A stretch of DNA of 64,000 nt. Origin: Bacteroidales bacterium (lineage in GTDB: Bacteria; Bacteroidota; Bacteroidia; Bacteroidales; VadinHA17). Location of the stretch: the NCBI GenBank assembly GCA_003141415.1, contig PLLX01000182.1, positions 22,606 to 86,605 on the forward strand, given 5' to 3'. The position numbers and the translations under genes were made by a program. The notes under the pieces are model-generated. The model ran no database searches. It had not been told where the DNA came from and saw only the letters and a list, made by a program, of their open reading frames with translations. Positions 56,091-63,750 of this stretch are shown here, piece after piece. The first letter of the stretch is position 1; each line of letters opens with the position of its first letter.

Positions 56091-56142
56091 ATGTGGTTCC
56101 TGTTATTTTTTGCTACCAAGGTGCCAGGGCGCAAAGAAACCG
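56091..56142. repeat. Short member of the periodic CTnTGTG / CAAAGG-type inverted element family
   Basis: ATGTGGTTCC TGTTATTTTTT then GCTACCAAGG TGCCAGGGC GCAAAGAAACC. Lies downstream of the 412-aa gene stop. Confidence 0.4.
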
Positions 56143-56208
56143 GTTTATACTCCCGTCGGGTCAGTCACACTGGGAGAATTCAGTCATAATTGCATTAATT
56201 GCTGCCTG

Positions 56209-57447
56209 TCAGTTTCCAAACCTCGGATTTACCACATTATTGTAGATTGACCCAAATGTGTAGGTGAATCCAAAAGAGGTATAGTATGAGTAATCAGTTG
56301 CCTGCATTCTTCTCTGGAGTAATAATTCCTCAAGGCTTATATCTCCCAGAGGAAGTGATACCTGGTCATGAACAAGAGCAATACTGCCATAAATATTGAA
56401 TGTAAGACCTTTAACTATTCTCAGACTGGCATTCATATTAAGGCGAAGATTATTATATGACCAGTCGAAAAAATAATTTTTCCAGGTCAGGGTTGAACTG
56501 ACAGAACCCCATTTTTGGATGATCGACAAAGAAGCAGCCAGCGTTTGACATGAGATTGTTTCCTTAAGTTTATACCGCTGTGTTATTTCATTGTAATTGT
56601 TAGCTTCAAACCCGATATGGTATAAAACCGTAAACAGACGACGGGTTGACTGGGAATAAGGAAACAGGTCGTATTCTATCCCCGGCATTATTCTTAATGA
56701 AATATCATAATTGTAGTATATTGAGGTTTGGATGTCTAGTGATCCTCCTGCTGACCAATGATCATTAATACTTTTAACATATGATACATCCAGGTATTCA
56801 TCCCGGATAGTACTCTTGTAAGATGATGTATCACTGTATACATATTTATCACTTTCCAGATTCATGCTGACACTTGACTGGAATTTAGATTTTTCAGTTA
56901 TCCTGTTCGCTGACAACGTGCCATAAAAGTAACCCTGATTGTAAGTTTTTTGTCCGGAAGAATATGCATTTAAACTGGCACTGTAAACCCAGCTGTTAAA
57001 TTTATCTGATGATACGGTTTCGGTCAGGGGTTCAGTGAAATTGATATTCATGAACTGAGCAAGAGGAGTTTTCGAGACATACCTCATTAATCCAAGTTTC
57101 AGCGTTTTTACCTGTTTTGCCCGGCGGACATCAAGAGTTTCATCCGGACTGTAGCTGCATTTCAAAGTATCTGCCATACCTTTGTATTTTCCCTGTCCGA
57201 CAATAAAAAAGGTAGTAACAAAACCACCCGAACCAGTGTTTTCATCAGTTGAGATTATATAAACGTCTGCTACTTTAATATCTCTGACATAATTAATGAA
57301 AGGGATCTCTTTTTTTATGAAATCGCTTGCGTCCATAAAAACGTTCAGTGCATCCTTTCGCAAAGTGTCAGATTTAGTGGAGTTCTCCTGTGAGAATGCT
57401 GGCAGGATAAGAAGGAGGAACAACAAAAAAAGAAAAGATCTTTTCAT
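56209..57447 (-). CDS. Hypothetical outer-membrane beta-barrel-like protein
   Basis: Signal peptide. The C-terminal two-thirds shows alternating-polarity strands rich in Y/S/N/T. Family not recognised. Confidence 0.45.
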   Translation of the reverse strand: MKRSFLFLLFLLLILPAFSQENSTKSDTLRKDALNVFMDASDFIKKEIPFINYVRDIKVADVYIISTDENTGSGGFVTTFFIVGQGKYKGMADTLKCSYSPDETLDVRRAKQVKTLKLGLMRYVSKTPLAQFMNINFTEPLTETVSSDKFNSWVYSASLNAYSSGQKTYNQGYFYGTLSANRITEKSKFQSSVSMNLESDKYVYSDTSSYKSTIRDEYLDVSYVKSINDHWSAGGSLDIQTSIYYNYDISLRIMPGIEYDLFPYSQSTRRLFTVLYHIGFEANNYNEITQRYKLKETISCQTLAASLSIIQKWGSVSSTLTWKNYFFDWSYNNLRLNMNASLRIVKGLTFNIYGSIALVHDQVSLPLGDISLEELLLQRRMQATDYSYYTSFGFTYTFGSIYNNVVNPRFGN

Positions 57448-57610
57448 AGTTTCGCAGATTGTAAATTAGACATTACTTATTCTTTTGCTAAATTACTAAC
57501 TGTATCTAAATTATGCAATTAAAGTTTTGTGTTTAACAAAAAGCTACCAGAGATAAACTATTATTGTGCGATAAGGCAAAGAATCAAGATTTGTAAAGAA
57601 GGGGATGAGA

Positions 57611-57645
57611 TAAAAAAATCCGGTACCTCAGAACAGGTACCGGAT
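57611..57645 (-). terminator. Intrinsic terminator after the PadR-PspC operon
   Basis: 10-bp perfect stem ATCCGGTACC / GGTACCGGAT (57618-57627, 57636-57645) with an 8-nt loop. An A7 run on the plus strand gives a U-tract on the minus strand. Lies about 35 nt after the stop at 57680. Confidence 0.7.
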
Positions 57646-57679
57646 GTCATTGAAGATTCAGGAATGAAAAAATAAGGAA

Positions 57680-59266
57680 TTATTTTTGTTTAAATGAGTT
57701 TTCAGTAAGTGTTTCAAGTCCATCATCAGTCATTACCCATAAAGTATTGTCTGATTCCCAACTGGATTCAAGATATTCGTCATATTCATTTCTGAATGAA
57801 GAGCGAAGCAGAATCTTTGGACTTTTTTCAAATTTCAAAACAGTACCTGAAGGGATATAAAGATTGATTCCAATATTATCAGCTGACCATTTACGTCCGG
57901 CAGGGCTGGTAAAATATTCATCAAGATGAAGAGTATCGCCTTTGATGCTGTAGTTGTACACCAATCCATCAATTTTTTTCATGGCATCCATTTCAGTCCG
58001 ACCCGCTGAACGCTTTCTCACTTCTACTTTAGTTGATTTGTCATCTGATTTGTCTACAATTAAATGTGGACGGATATATAATTCATTCTTTTCATCATTT
58101 ATATAAACCGAATATTCTTCGTGGGGAAGAACAATTTCTTTTCCATATTTAAGGTCCGCAATCTTCTGATCAGACTTTATATAAAGCGTATCAGGAGAAT
58201 GTGGTAAGACCATCTCAGCTGATATTTTAGCTGTCTGGGCAAAACTGATTCCCTCATTGAAACTTATTATCGCAAGTGCTGCAATGGTCATTACCCAGAC
58301 TACCAGAGCAACTAAACTAACTACACCATCTCTCGCCTTGAACCAGAATATCATTTTCACGCCCCAGTAGATAAGAGCAAGCATTGGTAAAATAAAGGCA
58401 ACGGACGTTAATATGATTATCCATGGAACAGCAGAAGGTTTCACAATATAGTTCAGAAAATCGAAGAGATAGACAAGGCTGACGCCAGAAGAATCAAATG
58501 AGTAAACCCCGGGATATTTGAAAACGAATATCATTACAAAGCATAATATGAAAAGGAATCCGGTAAGAACAAATACAACACCTATCATTATCAGGAAGAT
58601 GCGTACAATGATATAGAACATTTTGCCAATTGCCATAAAGATTTCATTGATGGCATTTCCAATTCTGGATGGCCTGTTATATCCTGTTTTGTATAGAGAA
58701 GCATCAGTGATTTGAGTGTCATCGTATTTTCTGTTATGTGATCTGGATGTATGATATGAACTACCAAACATTTCTCTTTTTTGAGAATCTGTTCTGGCCA
58801 CAGGAATTGCAATCCACAAAGCAACATAAACAAATAATCCTACGCCAAACATCGAGGAAATAATAAAAAGGATTCTGAACAGAACAGGATCAGTATCAAG
58901 ATAGGCCCCAATACCGCCACAAACACCGCTGATAATAGAATCATCTGGGTTGCGGTACATTCTTTTTTTCCTGGGAACGTAAACCGGTGCTTCTGTCTCA
59001 GATTCTTCTTGATCAAAATCTTCAGGTCTTCCTATAATTGAGATCATTGTTTCTACATTTTCCCTGGTAACAACTCCGGCTAAACCTTTCTGTGATTGAA
59101 ATATTTCCGCTATACGCGATTCGATATCCTCTATCGTCTCATTTCCACCTTGTATATTGCCAAATCGGTTATTAATTGTTTGAAGATAATCGCGCAATAT
59201 CCGGAACGCCTCCTCATCAATCTGAAAAAGAGTACCACCGAGATTTATATTAATTGTCTTGTCCAT
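57680..59266 (-). CDS. PspC-domain membrane protein (long form, 528 aa)
   Basis: PspC motif ..RMYRNPDDSIISGVCGGIGAYLDTDPVLFRILFII.., multiple TM segments, and a large C-terminal extracytoplasmic domain. Confidence 0.8.
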   Translation of the reverse strand: MDKTININLGGTLFQIDEEAFRILRDYLQTINNRFGNIQGGNETIEDIESRIAEIFQSQKGLAGVVTRENVETMISIIGRPEDFDQEESETEAPVYVPRKKRMYRNPDDSIISGVCGGIGAYLDTDPVLFRILFIISSMFGVGLFVYVALWIAIPVARTDSQKREMFGSSYHTSRSHNRKYDDTQITDASLYKTGYNRPSRIGNAINEIFMAIGKMFYIIVRIFLIMIGVVFVLTGFLFILCFVMIFVFKYPGVYSFDSSGVSLVYLFDFLNYIVKPSAVPWIIILTSVAFILPMLALIYWGVKMIFWFKARDGVVSLVALVVWVMTIAALAIISFNEGISFAQTAKISAEMVLPHSPDTLYIKSDQKIADLKYGKEIVLPHEEYSVYINDEKNELYIRPHLIVDKSDDKSTKVEVRKRSAGRTEMDAMKKIDGLVYNYSIKGDTLHLDEYFTSPAGRKWSADNIGINLYIPSGTVLKFEKSPKILLRSSFRNEYDEYLESSWESDNTLWVMTDDGLETLTENSFKQK

Positions 59267-59296
59267 TAGTGTCAGTTTTAATTGGTTAATTATAAA

Positions 59297-59623
59297 TTAT
59301 CTGGTTCTGATCAGATTAACTGATTCGACAAGCTCGAGCCACGATTTATCAAGATCGGCCAGGTACTTCCGTCCTTCCTCCGTAAGTTCATAATATTTAC
59401 GGGGAGGTCCCTGTTGAGATTCTTCCCATCGGTAGCTTAGCAATCCGGCATTTTTTTGTCTTGTAAGAAGCGGATAGAGGGTTCCTTCAACCACAATTAC
59501 TTCAGCTTCCTTGAGTTCTTTAATGATGTCACTTGCATAACAGGAATTTCTGGACAACACCGAAAGGATGCAATACTCCAGTATCCCTTTACGCATTTGA
59601 GCTTTATTATTTTCTAGATCCAT
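59297..59623 (-). CDS. PadR-family transcriptional regulator
   Basis: ..GILEYCILSVLSR..YASDIIKELK..VVEGTLYPLLTRQKNAGLLSYRWEES..PRKYYELTEEG.. winged-helix PadR signature. Confidence 0.9.
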   Translation of the reverse strand: MDLENNKAQMRKGILEYCILSVLSRNSCYASDIIKELKEAEVIVVEGTLYPLLTRQKNAGLLSYRWEESQQGPPRKYYELTEEGRKYLADLDKSWLELVESVNLIRTR

Positions 59624-59675
59624 GGTATATATTTTTAAAAGTTTACTCTTCGATTATCTTATGAATAACTTACTG

Positions 59676-60263
59676 TCAGAGTTTCATGTTTTTTCTGACA
59701 GAATCGAATTCTTGTTTTACTGAATCTTTTATGTTGTGTATGTTTACTGGATTCCCTTTCATTGCAATTTTCTCCGCAGTAGTTCTTGCCTCAGGAAGAA
59801 CGATATATAAAATGAGATAAATAAGTATACCGACTCCCATCATTGCAAGTACAAAGAATATCAATCTGACAAGCCAGAGTTCAATATTCCAGTAGGCTGC
59901 TATTCCTGCGCAAACACCGCCAATAACTCTATGGTCGGTATCTCGGTACATCCTGTGATAACCGGGTGATGAAAACTTATCACGTGCCGTTGGACCTTCA
60001 TTATCGGAAATATCTTCAGGAGTTCCTAAAATTGTAATTACCTGATGGACATCCTCAATATTAATTACCTGTTTATAGCTGGTAAGTTTGGTCCGGAACA
60101 ATTCTGCCATCCTCGTTTCAATATCAGAAAGGATCTCAGAAGAGCTCTCTTCTCCGGCAAAATGAAGTTCAAGATTCCTTAGATACCTCTTTAATTCGGC
60201 ATATGCATCTTCGTCGATGTTGAAAGAATATCCGCCGAGATTAATACTTACTGTAATTTTCAT
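59676..60263 (-). CDS. PspC-domain membrane protein (short form, 195 aa)
   Basis: Its N-terminal domain is similar to that of the 528-aa protein (..INLGGYSFNIDEDAYAELKRYL..). PspC motif ..RMYRDTDHRVIGGVCAGIAAYWNIELWLVRLIFF.. Confidence 0.8.
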   Translation of the reverse strand: MKITVSINLGGYSFNIDEDAYAELKRYLRNLELHFAGEESSSEILSDIETRMAELFRTKLTSYKQVINIEDVHQVITILGTPEDISDNEGPTARDKFSSPGYHRMYRDTDHRVIGGVCAGIAAYWNIELWLVRLIFFVLAMMGVGILIYLILYIVLPEARTTAEKIAMKGNPVNIHNIKDSVKQEFDSVRKNMKL

Positions 60264-60334
60264 GGTGCTTTTAAATATTTACTACTGTTTAATACATGTA
60301 ACATGACATTGCAAAGATATATATAAAAATATAT

Positions 60335-60353
60335 ACTATGCAATACATAGTAC
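60335..60353. promoter_or_regulatory. Candidate operator (PadR?) upstream of the PspC-PadR-PspC operon
   Basis: Perfect inverted repeat TACTATG-CAATA-CATAGTA 72-90 bp upstream of the 60263 start codon. A second ATGT-N6-ACAT dyad lies at 60297-60310. Confidence 0.3.
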
Positions 60354-60485
60354 TAAAATAATTCAATTATTTTATAATTTATTTTTTAAGTATAAGAAAA
60401 TAAGAGATATAAGAAAGAATTTTTTTTTGAATTTTTTTAAAATTTCATTTAGTTACTCTTGATTTCGGGATATAAACCCCTCTGC

Positions 60486-60588
60486 CGTCCGCCAGCTGGC
60501 GGACGACATCTCCCCCAAGAGGGAGAAAATTCTTAGTTTTTTAGTGTAATTACACTTGAATGCAGAGTATTTTTCCCCCTGAGGGGAA
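60486..60588. repeat. Cluster of GC-rich palindromes/hairpins in an otherwise AT-rich intergenic region
   Basis: CGTCCGCCAGCTGGCGGACG (20-bp perfect palindrome, 60486-60505). TCTCCC-CCAAGA-GGGAGA (60509-60526). GTGTAATTACAC (60544-60555). TTCCCC-CTGA-GGGGAA (60573-60588). Confidence 0.7.
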
Positions 60589-60688
60589 TAAAAAGGGGTA
60601 CCTCGATTTGCAGGATCTTAATAAGGCAGTCACATGGAACAGCTCAAAATACCTAACTAATTCCTATATTTATGCAAATATTTTCAGC

Positions 60689-61675
60689 ATGATAAAGAAA
60701 TATAAATGGGGCATCCTGGCTCCGGGGAAAATGTCTGCAAAATTCACAATGGGACTTCAATTACTGGAAAATATTGAATTATATGCGGTTGGATCACGTG
60801 ATCTGGAACGGGCACAGCAATTCGCGGAAGAATTTGGTTTTAAGAAATATTACGGCAGCTATGAAGAACTGGTATCAGATCCTGATCTGGAAGTTATTTA
60901 TATAGCTTCACCACATTCTCTTCATTATGAACACACAATGCTTTGCCTGAAACATAAAAAGGCGGTTATCTGTGAAAAAGCATTTGCTTTAAATAGTCGG
61001 GAAGTAGAAGGGATGATCAATGAAGCTGTGAAACAAAAAGTATTTCTTATGGAGGCTTTATGGCCACCTTTCCAGCCAATTTACAGGAAAACAAAAGAAG
61101 TACTGCTAACAGGCGAACCAGGGAAAATTATACATCTTAACGCCTATTTCTCATTTCAGCCTCCTTTTGATCCTATAGACAGAAAATTCAATATCACCCT
61201 TGGAGGAGGATCACTTCTTGATATTGGAATATATGCTGTAATTGATGCTCTGTATTTTATGGGAGTTCCTTCGGAAGTGTGTGCAAAAGCTTCATTTACC
61301 GGGACCGGATCAGAAGATTCAATAAGCATTATATTCGGTTATGATGATGGCCGTATGGCAACACTTTACAGCTCATTCCGTACTGCCGGAGGGATCGGAT
61401 GTGATATTCTATGTGAAAACGGGAATCTTCACTTCTCACGAGAACGTGATATGTCACAACGGCTTAATGTTGCCCTGAATGGGAAAGATAATAAAGAATA
61501 TTCACTTCTGCCGGATGGAATGGGTTATCAGTTCGAAGCAATTGAAGTCATGAAATGCCTTCAGGATGGAAAACTCCAGAGTGATGTAGTTCCACATTCT
61601 TTCAGCCGCGATCTTATGAATACACTTGACCGAATAAGGAAGTCAGCCGGGATTGTGTTTCCGGGGAGAGAGTAA
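60689..61675 (+). CDS. Gfo/Idh/MocA-family oxidoreductase
   Basis: Rossmann start MIKKYKWGILAPGKMSAKF. ..VICEKAFAL.. motif. The ATG at 60689 is preferred, because the 60560 extension runs through the palindromic repeats. Confidence 0.8.
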   Translation: MIKKYKWGILAPGKMSAKFTMGLQLLENIELYAVGSRDLERAQQFAEEFGFKKYYGSYEELVSDPDLEVIYIASPHSLHYEHTMLCLKHKKAVICEKAFALNSREVEGMINEAVKQKVFLMEALWPPFQPIYRKTKEVLLTGEPGKIIHLNAYFSFQPPFDPIDRKFNITLGGGSLLDIGIYAVIDALYFMGVPSEVCAKASFTGTGSEDSISIIFGYDDGRMATLYSSFRTAGGIGCDILCENGNLHFSRERDMSQRLNVALNGKDNKEYSLLPDGMGYQFEAIEVMKCLQDGKLQSDVVPHSFSRDLMNTLDRIRKSAGIVFPGRE

Positions 61676-61714
61676 CGAGAACCGGGCACCCAGGACATAG
61701 TACCAGATTTAACA

Positions 61715-62401
61715 ATGTCAAAGCATGTCTCAGATATAGAGAAAGAAGGTGCCTTTTACAAGAGGAAACTTCTTCTGAGCATGATCATTCCTGGGATATT
61801 TGTTTTTTTAATGTGGTTGGTGAAAATTGTTGAAGTGCTCTTTGATATAGATCTCACCCGTTTTGGAATTTATCCACTTACAGTCCAGGGATTACCCGGA
61901 ATCTTGTTATCTCCTTTTATCCATGCTGACTTTACACATTTGTTCAGTAATTCAGTACCACTTTTTTTTCTTTCATTGGCCCTTTTTTATTTTTATTCGG
62001 AGGTAGCATTAAAAGTCTTAATCTGGACATATTTTCTTACCGGATTGCTGGTCTGGATTGCAGGCAGGGAGGCATGGCATATCGGTGCAAGCGGGGTTAT
62101 ATATGGTCTCGCATCATTTCTCTTTTTCAGCGGTATAATACGAAGGTACTTCAGACTCATTGCTTTATCCCTGCTCATTGTATTTCTTTACGGATCAATG
62201 GTGTGGGGACTGTTTCCAGGAGTATATAAAAATGTTTCCTGGGAGTCACATATGCTGGGATTCTTTTCTGGTTTAGCGCTATCCGTCTGGTACAGGAATC
62301 AAGGTCCGCAACGGCCCGTTTATGAGTGGATGGAGGAGGAAGAAGAGAAGACCCGGGGAATGCAAGAAGGGGAGAATGGGAGCAGGGAAGAAGTCAATTA
62401 A
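61715..62401 (+). CDS. Rhomboid-family intramembrane serine protease
   Basis: Six TM segments, ..HADFTHLFSN.., the catalytic GASGVIYGL, and a downstream His (..SWESHMLGFFSG..). Confidence 0.8.
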   Translation: MSKHVSDIEKEGAFYKRKLLLSMIIPGIFVFLMWLVKIVEVLFDIDLTRFGIYPLTVQGLPGILLSPFIHADFTHLFSNSVPLFFLSLALFYFYSEVALKVLIWTYFLTGLLVWIAGREAWHIGASGVIYGLASFLFFSGIIRRYFRLIALSLLIVFLYGSMVWGLFPGVYKNVSWESHMLGFFSGLALSVWYRNQGPQRPVYEWMEEEEEKTRGMQEGENGSREEVN

Positions 62402-62451
62402 AGAGGATCCCCTCCAGCCCAGTAAGGCAAGGGTGGGTTTTATCGAGTTTA

Positions 62452-62567
62452 AGACAAAAGAAAAAAGTAAAAAGACAAAAGTAAAAAGTACTCCAAACTC
62501 TAAACTCAACCCTTAACCCTAAACACTAAAAACTAAACTACAAACACGTAACAAGCAACGGGCAACA
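62452..62567. repeat. About 116-bp tract with degenerate heptanucleotide periodicity
   Basis: AGACAAA AGAAAAA AGTAAAA AGACAAA AGTAAAA, then CTCCAAA CTCTAAA CTCAACC CTTAACC CTAAACA CTAAAAA CTAAACT ACAAACA CGTAACA AGCAACG. Ends 18 bp before the GT2 start codon. Confidence 0.7.
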
Positions 62568-62584
62568 TATGTTAAATAGATAAT

Positions 62585-63550
62585 ATGACAGATCTCTCAA
62601 TAATTATAGTTTGTTACAAAGGGTGGGACCGGCTTAATAAATGTCTTAATGCTCTTAACTCTTTCACTGGGGAAAACCTCAAGACTGAAGTAATTGTTGT
62701 TGACAATAAGTCGGATGATGATACAATATTTAAAATTGAAGAGCGGCTCCCAAAGATCAGATTCATATATAATGAGATTAACGGAGGATTTGCCAATGGC
62801 TGTAATCTGGGCGCCAGGAATGCATCAGGAGAGTTCATCTTATTTCTTAATCCTGATACTGTGGCAACTGAATATGAGATTGAAAAGCTTTTAAAATCTG
62901 CAAAACAGAATCCGGATTTTGGTATAGTTTCGTGCAGACAGGTAAATGAAAAAGGCAAGGAGAGCATTACTTGCGGGCCGTTTCCTTCCTTTTTCAACCT
63001 TACCGGGTTTGAGAGAGCAGTCTTTGGAAACCGGATGTCGGAAGTCAGAAGTAAGAAGTCCGAAGTCAGTTTCCCGGACTGGATATCTGGATCGGTGGTA
63101 TTAGTCAGACATGATACTTTTGAAAAGTTAGGGGGATTTGATGAAGACTTCTGGATGTATTTTGAAGATGTCGATCTTTGCAGGCGGGCACGGAATCTTG
63201 ATTGTGAGATAGCATCTTGTAACAATATAACTATTGAACACAATCATGGCGGCAGCTCGAGAATAAATCTTAAAACGACCTCATTAACAAAAACCGAAGT
63301 TCATATTTCCCGTCATGTTTATATTAGCAAGCATAAAACCGGGGTTGAAAAATTTCTGATCCAGACATTTCTGGTATTAAACAACCTGATATCAGGAGGC
63401 TTAATGGCACTGATAGGGCTGCTCTTATTTTTTGTTCCTAAAGTCTTTTCCCGTACTTTGATTTACTATAGATTGATCAGATATTATACCGGATCAGTTT
63501 TAAGATCATCATGGATTAGCCCAAGGTCAGTGAATTTCCTAAAGAAGTGA
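62585..63550 (+). CDS. Glycosyltransferase family 2
   Basis: ..LSIIIVCYKG..VIVVDNKSDD..GFANGCNLG..FLNPDT.. and the ..FWMYFEDVDLCRRA.. DxD region. C-terminal TM segments. Confidence 0.85.
   Translation: MTDLSIIIVCYKGWDRLNKCLNALNSFTGENLKTEVIVVDNKSDDDTIFKIEERLPKIRFIYNEINGGFANGCNLGARNASGEFILFLNPDTVATEYEIEKLLKSAKQNPDFGIVSCRQVNEKGKESITCGPFPSFFNLTGFERAVFGNRMSEVRSKKSEVSFPDWISGSVVLVRHDTFEKLGGFDEDFWMYFEDVDLCRRARNLDCEIASCNNITIEHNHGGSSRINLKTTSLTKTEVHISRHVYISKHKTGVEKFLIQTFLVLNNLISGGLMALIGLLLFFVPKVFSRTLIYYRLIRYYTGSVLRSSWISPRSVNFLKK
63034..63068 (+). repeat. Five-unit heptanucleotide tandem repeat inside the GT2 coding sequence
   Basis: GATGTCG GAAGTCA GAAGTAA GAAGTCC GAAGTCA, translated as ..MSEVRSKKSEVS.. 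in a loop region of the enzyme. Confidence 0.7.
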
Positions 63551-63750
63551 ACCACTTGTTGAACCTGATTTGTTAATCCAGTATAATAAAAAGATTGGAT
63601 CAGAAGGGAGAGAAGTACCAAAGCAGGATCTGTGGTCAAAACGGTCAGGTAAGAATAAATTGAAGATATTTACTCCGATTGTTGACAAAGTCGGGCAAAT
63701 CACTACCTTTAAAGCGAATTTACTGAGAAACCTGATTATACTCTTTACGT

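Noticed and set aside
60264-60688. Replication origin at the minus-to-plus strand switch, in an AT-rich 425-bp intergenic region with palindromes
   Set aside because: I could find no DnaA-box-like TTATCCACA/TGTGGATAA sequences. No dnaA, dnaN or other origin-linked genes are nearby. Only about 3.5 kb of plus-strand genes are visible, so the strand switch is weak evidence.
60560-60688. Long N-terminal extension of the Gfo/Idh/MocA ORF (MQSIFPPEGNKKGYLDLQ...)
   Set aside because: The extension translates through a palindromic GC-rich repeat and precedes the Rossmann motif by 43 aa. The ATG at 60689 gives a canonical N-terminus (MIKKYKWGILAPGKMS).
18830-63068. CRISPR array interpretation of the periodic repeats
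   Set aside because: The repeat units are only 7-11 bp, directly abutting or in inverted arms, with no unique spacers of 25-40 bp. No cas genes are present.
62614-63243. 209-aa minus-strand ORF, and similar long antisense ORFs (for example 43924-44361, 48572-49051, 12410-12823, 14043-14435, 34196-34546, 16065-16274)
   Set aside because: All lie fully inside, and antisense to, genes with strong family signatures. Their sequences are low-complexity or Ser/Leu/Phe-rich and lack motifs. These are typical shadow ORFs in AT-rich DNA.
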